Shown piece after piece: positions 39,240-49,625 of a DNA stretch of 64,000 nt (positions are counted from its first letter, which is position 1; the number at the start of each line of letters is the position of its first letter). Source of the stretch: Dehalococcoidia bacterium. Its GTDB lineage: Bacteria; Chloroflexota; Dehalococcoidia; Bin125. The translations under genes were made by a program, and so were the position numbers. Under the pieces are notes generated by a model that was not told the origin of the DNA, searched no databases, and saw nothing but the letters and a program-made list of their open reading frames with translations. The stretch lies in contig OZ247431.1 of the NCBI GenBank assembly GCA_965232875.1, forward strand, positions 249,319 through 313,318. Direction: 5' to 3'.

Positions 39240-40373
39240 CTACAACGGCTTTTCGTAGACGCGGTAGACCTTGTAGACCTCGGCGTCGGTTCGTTTGAGG
39301 GCGTGGTTGAGCAGGTTGTTGTCCTCGAGCACCCAGCCGAGTTCGGCCCATTGATAGCCTCGCTCGGCGCCTCGTACGTGGACCTCGGCGGTCAACATTT
39401 GTCCGAGTTGAGCGAACTCTCGGATTCGCCACTTTTGGCGGACCCCGAGCAGCATCACCCGCCCGCTTTCCGGCTTGCGCTTCAGCCGCCAAAGTAGCTT
39501 GGCCCAGCCGAACGGGAAGAGCCGACCATCGATGTCTCGGGCGCACTCGTTGAGGTTGGGAATCGAAATGACCATGGCTGCCGGATCGCCGTCGATCTCG
39601 ACGATGGACGTGAGATCGGGATCGGCGAACTGGACCAGGTCGGCCGCGAGCCGGTCGGCTTCCTCGGTCGTGATCGGGACAGAGCCCCAGTTGTCGACCC
39701 AGGCTTCGTTGAAGATGTCGGCGGCAATTCTGACATCACGTCGAAGCTGCTTCTTGTCGAACGGTCTCACGGTGACACGAGGATGGTCGTGGATGCGCTG
39801 CCAGGCACGTTGACGACGGTCGCCGAGCGGAGCAGCGACCGGATAGTGGTACGCCCAGAGGTCCTTGACCTTGGCGTAGCCGTTGGCTTCGATCAGATCG
39901 GGAAACCATCGGCGTCCGTGAGGCATCGCGATCATCGGCGGCAGATCGAAGCCTTCGACCAGGCAGCCCGATTCATCGTTGATCGTGAAGTTGAACGGCC
40001 CGCGAGAGTAGACGGCGCCGCGCTGGCGTAGCCACGACTCGGCCGCCTCGAATAACGCGGCGGCGGCCTCAGGATCGTTCGCGCAGTCGAAATGACCAAA
40101 GAAGCCGGCGGCTTCCTGCCATTTTTCGTCGTGCAGCGGGTTGAGCTGGGCCGAAATGCGGCCCACATCTCTGCCGTCGCGCTCGGCGACGAACAGTTGG
40201 GCCTGCCCATAGCGTAGGAAGGGCGTCTTGTTCGGATCGAGACGCTCCATCTGGACGCGACGCAGAGTGGGGATCCAGGAATGGTCTCCCTCATAGACGT
40301 TCCAGAGAACGTCTACGAAGGGCAACGCCTGACGCCCGAACCCGATTTCTCGGATTCGGACGCCGGGGTTCAT
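39240..40373 (-). CDS. GNAT-like (YghO-type) protein
   Basis: VGRISA, GFFGHFD, RGPFNFTINDESG, ELGWVLEDN, YKVYRVYEK. Confidence 0.8.
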   Translation of the reverse strand: MNPGVRIREIGFGRQALPFVDVLWNVYEGDHSWIPTLRRVQMERLDPNKTPFLRYGQAQLFVAERDGRDVGRISAQLNPLHDEKWQEAAGFFGHFDCANDPEAAAALFEAAESWLRQRGAVYSRGPFNFTINDESGCLVEGFDLPPMIAMPHGRRWFPDLIEANGYAKVKDLWAYHYPVAAPLGDRRQRAWQRIHDHPRVTVRPFDKKQLRRDVRIAADIFNEAWVDNWGSVPITTEEADRLAADLVQFADPDLTSIVEIDGDPAAMVISIPNLNECARDIDGRLFPFGWAKLLWRLKRKPESGRVMLLGVRQKWRIREFAQLGQMLTAEVHVRGAERGYQWAELGWVLEDNNLLNHALKRTDAEVYKVYRVYEKPL

Positions 40374-40408
40374 GTCGCTATTGGGACGTGGTGTGCGCCG
40401 AACGAGCG

Positions 40409-40861
40409 CTACCAGCGACGCCCACGGTCGGAGTAGCTCTCGCGGGAGCCACGGTCGTCGTAGCGCGGCTCGCGGTACCCACCGCCGCCGCCGCCACCAC
40501 CGCCACGGCTCTCACGGTAGCCGCCGCCATCGCGGTAGCCGCCGCCGCCGCCACCGCCACGGTCGTCACGGTAGCCGCCGCCGCCACCACCACCGCCGCG
40601 GTAACCGCCACCACCGCCGCCCCCACGCGGTCGCGCTTCGTTGACGCGCAGCTGGCGTCCGTCCATGTCATAGCCGTCGAGCGCGGTGATCGCGTTGCGC
40701 GCTTCTTCGTCGTCCATGTCGACGAAGCCGAAGCCGCGTGATCGGCCGCTGTCGCGGTCGACGGGGATCACGCAGTCCTGGACTTCGCCGTGCTCGGCGA
40801 AGATTTCGCGCAGTTCCTCAGAGTTTGTACGGAAGGGCAGGTTTCCAACGTAGATTCGCAT
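40409..40861 (-). CDS. RRM RNA-binding protein with Gly/Tyr/Arg-rich tail
   Basis: IYVGNL (RNP2), RGFGFV (RNP1); GGGGGGGYR repeats. Confidence 0.95.
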   Translation of the reverse strand: MRIYVGNLPFRTNSEELREIFAEHGEVQDCVIPVDRDSGRSRGFGFVDMDDEEARNAITALDGYDMDGRQLRVNEARPRGGGGGGGYRGGGGGGGGYRDDRGGGGGGGYRDGGGYRESRGGGGGGGGGYREPRYDDRGSRESYSDRGRRW

Positions 40862-41015
40862 ATTCCTCGGTCTCGGTGTGTCTGCACTGTCTCAGTCGGT
40901 CAGAGACAGGCTTCGCGGGTCATCAAGGGCGGACGCTTCATCCGCTGATCTGGCTTGGGGGCGGTTCGTTGTTCCGATCGGGGTCTAGCTCACGCTCGAC
41001 AGCTCATTGCCTGGG

Positions 41016-41231
41016 TCAGGCGGCGAGCCGCTTCATCATCGTTCGCAGGCATGCGGTGCATACGTTAAGCCGTTGGGTTTTACCGTCAACGGTTACTTTG
41101 TGTCGGTGAACATTTGGCTTGAAGGTGCGCGATGTTCGAGGCGCCTTGCGCTTCCATCGACCCGAGTGCTTGTGCCGGATGTTGCGGCCGAACGTGGTCC
41201 GCTTGTCACAGAGGTCACATTTGCCGGCCAT
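41016..41231 (-). CDS. rpmB: 50S ribosomal protein L28
   Basis: CDLC...RTFKPNV...VCTACLRT. Confidence 0.93.
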   Translation of the reverse strand: MAGKCDLCDKRTTFGRNIRHKHSGRWKRKAPRTSRTFKPNVHRHKVTVDGKTQRLNVCTACLRTMMKRLAA

Positions 41232-41370
41232 CGTTCCGTCCTCAATCCGTCTTTCACGCACGCGGCAGTTTCGGCTGTCGCCGGTGCGTGGCAGGTATCA
41301 TACCAGCACCCTAGCGGGGTTCTGAGCATGCGACGGCGACGATATCGGCACTCTATACGGGAGGCTACAG

Positions 41371-42987
41371 ATGGTCGGACCGGATGTGAGCGAGACCACG
41401 GCGCAGGGCCTGAGCGGCGAGGACGTGAAGCGGATGATCCAGGGCGCGGCCGGCTGGGTCGCGCTGCATCGTGAGGCGTTGAATCTGATCAATGTCTATC
41501 CCGTCCCCGACGGCGACACCGGAGCCAATCTGGGTCGCACGCTTGCGGCCGCCAGTGAAGCGCTTGGGGCGACTGACAACGAAGCTCCGGCGCACGAGAT
41601 TGCCGCCGCAGCCGCCTCAGCGGCATTGCTGGGCGGACGTGGCAGCTCGGGCGTGATTGGCGCGCAGTGGTTGCGTGGGTTTGCGGCCGGACTCGGGCAG
41701 GATGCAGACGATTCGCTGGTCATCGCGTTCAACAGTGCCGCCGAGGCGGCTCGCAATGCGGTGTCGGAGCCTCGCGACGGCACGATGATCTCGGTGGCCG
41801 CCGACACTGCTGACGCAGTCGCGTCGGTGACGGGTGGTCCATTAGTGCAGATGCGGGAGGCGGTCGCCGCTGCGTACAAGTCGGTTGAGTACACACCGGA
41901 GCAGAATCCGGTGTTGAAGGATGCGGGCGTCGTCGACGCGGGCGCGCGCGGTCTCGAGTTCATGCTGCGTGGCATGGCCGGCGCACTGGCTGGCGAACCG
42001 ATTCCCGAGGTCCCGGCAGAACTGGGCGCCATCGATCCCGGCTGGCTCGCGCGACGGCTGGACTCGGGCAGCGACTTCGACGGGTTCTGCACCGAATTGG
42101 TCGTGGCCAATGTCGCAGACATCGAGGGATTGCGCGAGGTGCTGGCTGGCGACGATGAAACTGTCATGCTCGCGCCGGACGGCAAGGACCTGCGCATTCA
42201 CCTGCACACCGACGAGCCGGCAGACGCCTACGCCGCTGCCGATAGCGCCGGACAGATCCGCATCTTCCGCGCGGTCGATATGCGCGCCCAGGCCGCGCGA
42301 ACGCACGAATCGCATTCGGATGCCGCCGTCGTCGCGGTCGCCCAGGGAAGCGGATTCGTTCGGGTCTTTAGCGAGCTCGGTGCGGCGGCGATTGTCTCCG
42401 GCGGCGCAGCCGACAACCCCTCGGTCGAGATGCTGTTCTCGGCGGCTGAGTCGGTCAAGGGTGAGGATGTCATCATCCTGCCCAACAATCACAACGTCAC
42501 CCCAGCGGCGGAACGGGCCGGGGAGCTTGCAGCCGAGGCCGAAGAGCCGCAGCGGATCCATGTCATCCACAATGACAGTCAGGCTGAGGGCGTGGCCGCG
42601 CTGGCGGCGGTGATCGGCGGCGTTCCGACCGAGGATGTCGTGGCGGAAATGGAAGAGGCGCTCGACGCCGTTCGCATCGGTCGTGTGACACACGCCGCGC
42701 GTACGGTGGAAGGGGATGTTCCAATCGCCCAAGGTCAGCCGTTCGCCATGCTGGATGGTGAGATTGTCGGCGCAGGCGAGTCGATCGACGAGGTCGCCCT
42801 GACGCTGGCAACCCAGATGGCCGAGTCGCTATCCGGCGCTTCGCTATTCACCCTCTATGTCGGGGAAGATGTGCCGGAAGAACAGGCTGATGCGCTGGCA
42901 GAGGCTATTGAAGAGTCAACCAATCTCGAAGTCGACCTGATTGAAGGCGGCCAGCCCCACTATCCGTGGCTCATGGCGCTTGAGTAG
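41371..42987 (+). CDS. DAK2 domain protein (fatty acid kinase A-like)
   Basis: INVYPVPDGDTGAN, RGSSGVI, GVVDAG, GGQPHY. Confidence 0.92.
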   Translation: MVGPDVSETTAQGLSGEDVKRMIQGAAGWVALHREALNLINVYPVPDGDTGANLGRTLAAASEALGATDNEAPAHEIAAAAASAALLGGRGSSGVIGAQWLRGFAAGLGQDADDSLVIAFNSAAEAARNAVSEPRDGTMISVAADTADAVASVTGGPLVQMREAVAAAYKSVEYTPEQNPVLKDAGVVDAGARGLEFMLRGMAGALAGEPIPEVPAELGAIDPGWLARRLDSGSDFDGFCTELVVANVADIEGLREVLAGDDETVMLAPDGKDLRIHLHTDEPADAYAAADSAGQIRIFRAVDMRAQAARTHESHSDAAVVAVAQGSGFVRVFSELGAAAIVSGGAADNPSVEMLFSAAESVKGEDVIILPNNHNVTPAAERAGELAAEAEEPQRIHVIHNDSQAEGVAALAAVIGGVPTEDVVAEMEEALDAVRIGRVTHAARTVEGDVPIAQGQPFAMLDGEIVGAGESIDEVALTLATQMAESLSGASLFTLYVGEDVPEEQADALAEAIEESTNLEVDLIEGGQPHYPWLMALE

Positions 42988-43040
42988 CGCCTTGGTCTCG
43001 GCACTGGAAGGGTCGCGTTAGTTCACGTAGGATAGAACAT

Positions 43041-43889
43041 ATGTCCATCGCTGTAGTCACCGATTCCGCCTCCGACCTTGAGCAGGGCCAGATACCGGGG
43101 ATCTCCGTCGTCCCGTTGCATCTGCACTTTGGCGACGAGCAGTTCAATGACGGCGTCACGCTGACCAAGCCTGAGTTCTGGCAGCGACTGGATCGGACGG
43201 TCGAAGTGGGCGGCGTCTTGCCCACAACGTCCCAGCCTGCGCCCGGGGTGTTTCGCGACGTCTACCAGGGGCTGATCGACGATGGTGCGGACGGGATCGT
43301 CTCGGTTCACTTGAGCGGCAAGCTGTCGGGCACACTGAACTCGGCGAGACAGGGCGCTTCTTTATTGGAGACTGGGCCGCCGATTGAGTTCGTCGATTCG
43401 GCTTCGGCATCGATGGCCGTCGGCTGGGCCTCGGAGGCGGCGCTTGCCGCCGTCAACGAAGGAGCCGGCGTGTCGGAGGCGGCAGCGGCGGCTCAAGAGC
43501 TCGCCGGCAGAACACGCACGTTGCTGTTCGTTGAGACGCTCGACTATCTGCTGCGCGGCGGGAGAATTGGCCGGGCCCGACAGCTCGCCGGGAAGTTACT
43601 GCGCATGCGGCCGCTTTTGGAATTGGTTGAAGGAGAAGTCGCCGATGTCGAGCGGCCTCGGACACGCAAGAAGGCGCTCGACCGGTTGTACGCCCAGATC
43701 ATGTCGAACGGCGAGCCGGAACGCGTCGCGATTCTTCACGGTCAGGCCGATGCGGATGCGAGTGCATTGGCCAAGCGGGTCTCGGACGCCTGTGGCGGGA
43801 TGGATGTCCCAATTGTGCTGAGCAGCCCGGTCCTGGGGGCGCACATCGGGCCAGGCACGGTCGGCGCAACGGTGCTGCGCAAGAACTAA
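43041..43889 (+). CDS. DegV family protein (fatty acid kinase B-like)
   Basis: VTDSASDL, TTSQP, LSGT, GGRIG, HIGPG. Confidence 0.93.
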   Translation: MSIAVVTDSASDLEQGQIPGISVVPLHLHFGDEQFNDGVTLTKPEFWQRLDRTVEVGGVLPTTSQPAPGVFRDVYQGLIDDGADGIVSVHLSGKLSGTLNSARQGASLLETGPPIEFVDSASASMAVGWASEAALAAVNEGAGVSEAAAAAQELAGRTRTLLFVETLDYLLRGGRIGRARQLAGKLLRMRPLLELVEGEVADVERPRTRKKALDRLYAQIMSNGEPERVAILHGQADADASALAKRVSDACGGMDVPIVLSSPVLGAHIGPGTVGATVLRKN

Positions 43890-46444
43890 TGACCACCCAG
43901 CGCCGGCCGACGCAGACGCTTCAGTCCATGCTGGCGCTGGAGGAAAAGCTGGGCTACCTCGATCGGGCGGTTTCGGGCGGCCTCGACACGTATCTGCGCA
44001 ACGTGCTCAAGGAGGGCGATCAGCGTCAATTCTTCACACGCATTGTCGCGGCGCTGCCGAAGGAGGGGTACGCAGCATTGACCCCCGACGAGCGCAGAAA
44101 GTGGGCGGCTGGTGTGCACGCCACCCTGCGCCCAGGATCCCCCCCCAGAAGCTCCAAACGCCCAGACAAATCTGTAACAACTCCGACAAACGAGGAACGG
44201 TTGGCCCGGAATCGGGATCAATCCCAACGAAATCTAGACAAATCTGGACAAATCCGAACACCAAAACGCACGAAGTCCAGCCGTAGACGCCCAATCGCCG
44301 CATTCGAAGACGAAAATCCCCTCATCCGAGACATTTCCGTGCTGGGACGCATCCCGTCGCAATCGCGCAAGGCGATGACGACGCTCGGGATCAACACGGT
44401 GTACGACCTGCTCTGGCACCTGCCTCGTCGATACGAGGACTGGCGCAACGTCCGTTCTATCTCCGAGGCCTTGGAAGGCATTGAGCTGACCATTGTCGGT
44501 GAGATCGCCAGCATCGGCGTGAAGTATCTGCGCAAGGGACGCCAGGCGACGGAGGCGGTGGTGCGCGACGGCTCGGGCAGTCTCAGAGTCTGGTGGTGGT
44601 CGCAACCGTATCTGGCGCGCTCGCTGCGACCGGGGATGCGAGTTGGATTGTCGGGCAGGATCGATATGCGCGGACGTCAGCTGCAAATGGTATCGCCCGA
44701 GTGGGAACGACTCGATGATCCGGAGGACGACACCGTCCACGTGGGTCGTCTGTCGCCCGTCTATCCAAGGTCCAAGGGTTTGCCAAACCGGACCATCCGA
44801 AGATTGGCTCACGTGGCGGTCCGCGACTATCTGCCGCTGCTGGCCGACTCGCTGCCGCCGCACATCGTGCTCGAGCACCGGTTCCCCTCCGAGGCCGACG
44901 CGCTGAGGATGATCCACTTTCCCGAGCAGATGGAAGATGTTGATACCGCCAGGCAGCGGATCGCGTTTCAGGAACTGCTCTCGATTCAACTTGCGGTCCT
45001 GTCGCGAAAACGCGAGGCGCGACTGCGTTCGGACGCGCCGCCGATCGCCATGCCCGGTGATTTCCTCGACACGTTTCTCGGAGCGCTGCCGTTCGAGCTC
45101 ACTGTCGCCCAGCAGCGTGTGTTGACCGAGATCCGCAACGACATGTTCCGCCGAGAGCCGATGGCGCGGTTGTTGCAGGGCGACGTCGGGTCGGGCAAGA
45201 CCGTGGTTGCCGCCGCCGCAATGTTGGCCTCGGTGCGGGCCAAGCATCAGACGGTGCTCATGGCGCCGACCGAAGTCCTGGCCTCGCAGCACTTCGAGAC
45301 CTTCCAACGGCTCTTCGCCGGGCAGGACCACGCCGACGGCGACCAGCTCTGGCATAACTACAGCCTGGCTCCGGCGCTGGGGCGGCCGGTGCGGATGGCG
45401 CTGTTGACGGGCAGTGTGCGGGCCGCGCGCAAGCGACAGATTCACCAGGAGATGGAGAGCGGCATGCTCGACCTGGTGGTCGGCACGCACGCGCTGATCC
45501 AGGAGAGCGCCAACTTCAAGGACCTCGGCCTCGCCGTCGTCGATGAACAGCACCGATTCGGCGTCTTGCAGCGCGACGCGCTGCGCAGCAAGGGTCGCAG
45601 TCCGCATCTGTTGGTGATGACGGCCACGCCGATTCCACGAACGCTGGCCCTGACGGTCTACGGCGAGTTGGACTCATCGGTGATCGACGAACTGCCGCCC
45701 GGTCGGCTACGTGTACAAACGCAGATCGTGGCGCCATCGAGCCGCGAGGAGATCGTCTACCGGCGCATCCGCGAAGAAGCGAAGTTGGGTCGGCAGTCGT
45801 TTGTCATCTGCCCATTGGTTGAGGAGTCGGAGAAGCTCGAAGCCGAAGCCGCGACGGCGCAGTTCGAGACTCTGCGCAACGGCCCGTTGCGTGAACTGGC
45901 GTCTCGGATCCGGTTGCTGCATGGGCGGATGTCGTCGGAGGAGAAGCAGTCGGTGATGGCTGATCTGGCCAACGGCGATGCCGACGTGCTGGTCTCGACG
46001 ATCGTGGTTGAGGTCGGCGTCGACTTGCCCAGGGCGACCGTGATGGCGATCGAGGGCGCGGATCGATTCGGCCTGGCGCAGTTGCACCAGCTTCGCGGAC
46101 GCGTCGGACGCAGCGACATGGAGTCGGTCTGTTACCTGATCTCGGAAACTGAACTGGACCAGAGTCGTCAGCGGTTGGAACTGATGGTGCAGACTTCGAA
46201 CGGATTCGAGCTGGCCGAGGCCGACCTCGAGATGCGAGGTCCGGGGGAGTACTTCGGAACGCGTCAGTCAGGCTTGCCCGAGTTGCGCGTTGCCAAGCTC
46301 ACCGATCACGAGACGTTGAATCTGGCCAGGAACTGGGCCAACCGGATCCTGGATGAGGATCCACACCTGCGCGCCCCCGAGCATCGGCTGCTGAGAGATC
46401 GGGCCAAGGGATTTGATGTCTCAGGCGCGACGGCGGTGCACTAG
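43889..46444 (+). CDS. recG: ATP-dependent DNA helicase RecG
   Basis: QGDVGSGKT, DEQHRFG, TATPIPRTL, QLRGRVGR. Confidence 0.96.
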   Translation: MTTQRRPTQTLQSMLALEEKLGYLDRAVSGGLDTYLRNVLKEGDQRQFFTRIVAALPKEGYAALTPDERRKWAAGVHATLRPGSPPRSSKRPDKSVTTPTNEERLARNRDQSQRNLDKSGQIRTPKRTKSSRRRPIAAFEDENPLIRDISVLGRIPSQSRKAMTTLGINTVYDLLWHLPRRYEDWRNVRSISEALEGIELTIVGEIASIGVKYLRKGRQATEAVVRDGSGSLRVWWWSQPYLARSLRPGMRVGLSGRIDMRGRQLQMVSPEWERLDDPEDDTVHVGRLSPVYPRSKGLPNRTIRRLAHVAVRDYLPLLADSLPPHIVLEHRFPSEADALRMIHFPEQMEDVDTARQRIAFQELLSIQLAVLSRKREARLRSDAPPIAMPGDFLDTFLGALPFELTVAQQRVLTEIRNDMFRREPMARLLQGDVGSGKTVVAAAAMLASVRAKHQTVLMAPTEVLASQHFETFQRLFAGQDHADGDQLWHNYSLAPALGRPVRMALLTGSVRAARKRQIHQEMESGMLDLVVGTHALIQESANFKDLGLAVVDEQHRFGVLQRDALRSKGRSPHLLVMTATPIPRTLALTVYGELDSSVIDELPPGRLRVQTQIVAPSSREEIVYRRIREEAKLGRQSFVICPLVEESEKLEAEAATAQFETLRNGPLRELASRIRLLHGRMSSEEKQSVMADLANGDADVLVSTIVVEVGVDLPRATVMAIEGADRFGLAQLHQLRGRVGRSDMESVCYLISETELDQSRQRLELMVQTSNGFELAEADLEMRGPGEYFGTRQSGLPELRVAKLTDHETLNLARNWANRILDEDPHLRAPEHRLLRDRAKGFDVSGATAVH
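44150..44270 (+). repeat. 10-bp-phased array inside the recG N-terminal linker
   Basis: CCCAGACAAA TCTGTAACAA CTCCGACAAA ... AATCTAGACA AATCTGGACA AATCCGAACA. Confidence 0.6.
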
Positions 46445-46499
46445 CGTCCAGCTTTGACGCTGTTAGACCACACCAACTCCGTCATTCCCGCGCTTGTCG

Positions 46500-46675
46500 G
46501 AGGCCTCTGCAAAACTCCCGCATCCCTCTCCCCCCCCTTGCGGGGGGAGATGTCACGGAGTGACAGAGGGGGGGTCGGCGGATGATGCCCAGATAGGGAT
46601 CCTGAACAGCGGACCCCCCTCTGCCTTCGGCATCTCCCCCGCAAGGGGGGAGAAGGGGAGGCTCTCAAAGGCCTC
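46500..46675. mobile_element. MITE family B copy with 9-bp TSD, inserted in a REP
   Basis: TIRs GAGGCCTCTGCAAAACTCCC / GGGAGGCTCTCAAAGGCCTC; CGCTTGTCG at 46491-46499 and 46676-46684. Confidence 0.85.
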
Positions 46676-46807
46676 CGCTTGTCGCTTGATGGGTTGGCTT
46701 CAAACGCCATTGAGTGCGTGTGCGTTACAGACCAATCGCGATATTCTGATTCTTTGGTCACACGGCCACTACAGTGTGAGTCTGACGAGCGGAAATGTGA
46801 TTTCGAC

Positions 46808-48490
46808 ATGGCGCGAGCGACGCGAGATCTTGTCGGTGATCTGGTCCGGAATGGCCTTGAACTGGCGCAAGCCGACAAGGCGCTGCCGCCCATTCCGCCA
46901 ATGGAGCTGCGCATCGAGCGACCTAAGGAGCGGGAGCACGGCGACTATTCATGCAACGTCGCGCTGAGGCTCGCCAGCGCGGTGCGGATGCCGCCGATGG
47001 AGGTTGCCTCGGCGATTTCGCAGCGAATCATGCGCGCTGAGCCAATCGCCGAAGTCGATGTGGCGAGGCCGGGATTCATCAACATCAAGCTGGACGAGAA
47101 CTGGCAGCGGTCGCAACTGTTGTCGGTGATTGAAGCCGGCGATCAGTGGGGCCGGATCGATTTGGGCGCCGGACATCGAGTTCAGGTCGAGTTTGTCTCG
47201 GCCAATCCGACTGGTCCGCTACAGGTGGGCAACGGTCGCGGCGCGGTGCTCGGCGACGCTCTGGCCTCAGTCCTCGACGCGGCCGGATTCGATGTTGAGC
47301 GCGAGTACTACGTCAACGACGCGGGTGCGCAGATCCGGCTGTTCGGCCGCACGTTGTACGCGCGATACCTGCAGCAGTTCGGCCGTGAGGCGGCCTTGCC
47401 AGACGGCGGTTATCTGGGCGCGTACATGATCGATGTCGCCGCGAAGATGAAAGAGGAATCGGGCGAGCGCTGGATTGAACGCGACGAAGATCCGCCGGAG
47501 GAACTCTCGGAGCGAGGATTGCAGTTGATGGTTGAGCAGATTCGCGCAGATCTGGCCCTGCTGCGTGTCGAATTCAATCACTGGCAGCGCGAATCGGCGC
47601 TGTTCAACGGAGTTGACGGCGAGTCGACCTACGACGTGGCGATGGGACGCTTGCGTGACGGCTCATTTGTGATTGAGAAAGAAGGGGCGGTCTGGTTCCG
47701 CTCTGAGGACCTGGGCGAAGACAAGGACAACGTCCTGATCCGCTCCTCCGGCGAACCGACATACTTTGCCTCCGACGTGGCGTATCACTACGACAAGTTC
47801 CTGACTCGCGACTTCGACACCGTGATTGATGTCTGGGGCGCCGACCACCAGGGTCATGTGGCTCGGACCAAGGCGGCCGTCTCGGCCGTCGGCGGCGACG
47901 GTGACGCGCTGGAAGTGTTGCTGTACCAATTGGTGCATCTGCGCCGAGGCGAAGAGCGTGTGCGGATGTCGAAGCGAACCGGCGAGATTGTGACGTTGCG
48001 CGAGTTGATCGAGGAAGTCGGCGCGGATGCAGCGCGATTTTTCATGCTGCAACGCTCCGCTGATGCGCAGATGGACTTCGATCTTGAGGCGGCCGCGTCG
48101 GCCGACCCGCGCCAGAATCCCGTCTCCTACGTCAAATACGCGCACGCACGCTGTGCCAGTGTGCTGAGAACTGCCGCCGAAGCGGGGATGGCTCCATCTT
48201 CCGAGCACCTCGAGGTGCTGGCTAGCGAGCAAGAAACTGCGCTGATCGGTGAGATTCTGCGATTACCCGAACTGGTCGCCGACATGGCGATTCGTCGCGA
48301 GCCGCATCACCTGACCTACTACGCCCAAAGCCTGGCACAGGCATTTACGTACTTCTATGACAACTGCCGGATTGTGGTAGCCGACGAACCGGAGCAGTCC
48401 GCAGCGAGACTCACCCTGACGCAGGCGTCGCAGGCTGCGTTGGCGGCTACGTTGCGAATGATCGGCGTTGAAGCGCCTGACGAGATGTAA
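46808..48490 (+). CDS. argS: arginine--tRNA ligase
   Basis: HGDYSCN, PGFIN, EFVSANPTGPL, MSKRTG, YAHAR. Confidence 0.96.
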   Translation: MARATRDLVGDLVRNGLELAQADKALPPIPPMELRIERPKEREHGDYSCNVALRLASAVRMPPMEVASAISQRIMRAEPIAEVDVARPGFINIKLDENWQRSQLLSVIEAGDQWGRIDLGAGHRVQVEFVSANPTGPLQVGNGRGAVLGDALASVLDAAGFDVEREYYVNDAGAQIRLFGRTLYARYLQQFGREAALPDGGYLGAYMIDVAAKMKEESGERWIERDEDPPEELSERGLQLMVEQIRADLALLRVEFNHWQRESALFNGVDGESTYDVAMGRLRDGSFVIEKEGAVWFRSEDLGEDKDNVLIRSSGEPTYFASDVAYHYDKFLTRDFDTVIDVWGADHQGHVARTKAAVSAVGGDGDALEVLLYQLVHLRRGEERVRMSKRTGEIVTLRELIEEVGADAARFFMLQRSADAQMDFDLEAAASADPRQNPVSYVKYAHARCASVLRTAAEAGMAPSSEHLEVLASEQETALIGEILRLPELVADMAIRREPHHLTYYAQSLAQAFTYFYDNCRIVVADEPEQSAARLTLTQASQAALAATLRMIGVEAPDEM

Positions 48491-48508
48491 GACTTCGGAG
48501 GAATCACC

Positions 48509-49513
48509 ATGCAGGATCGCGTGTTCGCAGGCATCCGCGCGACCGGTCGGCAGCACATTGGCAACTACCTTGGCGCGATCCAGAACTTCGTCGCGCTGCA
48601 GGAGAAATACGAGTGCATCTACTCGATCGTCGACCTGCACTCGCTGACAACATTGACCGACACGGACCAACTTCGCGACAACGTGCGCGAAACCGCTCTG
48701 GACCTGCTCGCTTCGGGCATCAGGCCGGAAGAGACGATCCTCTACGCGCAATCTCACGTGCCCGAAATTTCGGAGTTGCACCTGTTGCTCTCGATGGTCA
48801 CGCCGATCGGTCGGCTGATGAACGTGCCGACATTCAAGGAGAAGGCCAAATCACAGCCCGACAACGTCAACTACGGACTCGTCGGCTATCCCGTCCTGCA
48901 AACGGCTGACATCGTCCTCTACCGGGCCAACAAGGTGCCCGTCGGCGAGGATCAATTGCCTCACCTCGAACTCGCTCGGGAGATCGTACGGCGGTTCAAC
49001 AACATCTTCGGCAACACCTTCCCCGAGCCCGAGGCAGAGCTGACCAGCGCGCCGATGGTGCTCGGTTTCGACAATCGCAAGATGTCCAAGTCGTACGGCA
49101 ACGCCGTTGACGTCGCCGCGACTCCGGAGGAGACATTTCAGGCGATCCGCACTGCCATCACCGATCCGCAGCGAGTCCGCCGCACGGATCCCGGTGATCC
49201 CGATGTCTGCAACGTCTACACATTGCACGGATTCTTTGGACCGGACAAGCAGCCGGAGATCGCGTCGGCATGTCGCAGCGCCGAGATTGGCTGCGTCGAC
49301 TGCAAGAAGCAGCTCTCCGACTCCGTAAACGACTACTTCGCACCAATCAGGGCGCGTCGGGAAGAGTTAGCCGCGGATCCAGACGCGGTTGATGAAATCC
49401 TCCTGGACGGAGCGCGCCGCGCACGCGTAATCGCCGCCGAGGTCCTGGCTGACGTCAAAGATGCAATTGGTCTGCCGGCGTCGTTGCCAGAGGTGGCCAA
49501 CGCCACGTCGTGA
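48509..49513 (+). CDS. trpS: tryptophan--tRNA ligase
   Basis: HIGN, VPVGEDQ, KMSKS. Confidence 0.96.
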   Translation: MQDRVFAGIRATGRQHIGNYLGAIQNFVALQEKYECIYSIVDLHSLTTLTDTDQLRDNVRETALDLLASGIRPEETILYAQSHVPEISELHLLLSMVTPIGRLMNVPTFKEKAKSQPDNVNYGLVGYPVLQTADIVLYRANKVPVGEDQLPHLELAREIVRRFNNIFGNTFPEPEAELTSAPMVLGFDNRKMSKSYGNAVDVAATPEETFQAIRTAITDPQRVRRTDPGDPDVCNVYTLHGFFGPDKQPEIASACRSAEIGCVDCKKQLSDSVNDYFAPIRARREELAADPDAVDEILLDGARRARVIAAEVLADVKDAIGLPASLPEVANATS

Positions 49514-49583
49514 GGTTCGTCATTGCCGCGCTGGTCGCGGCAATCTCGATGAGTGGAATGCACACGCCTGTGCAAGCAAGCTC

Positions 49584-49613
49584 GAGATACCCGCGGCAAG
49601 CGCGGGTATGACG
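49584..49613. repeat. REP half-unit, possible terminator between convergent genes
   Basis: GAGATACCCGCGGCAAGCGCGGGTATGACG. Confidence 0.65.
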
Positions 49614-49625
49614 AAGTGAAGGCGA

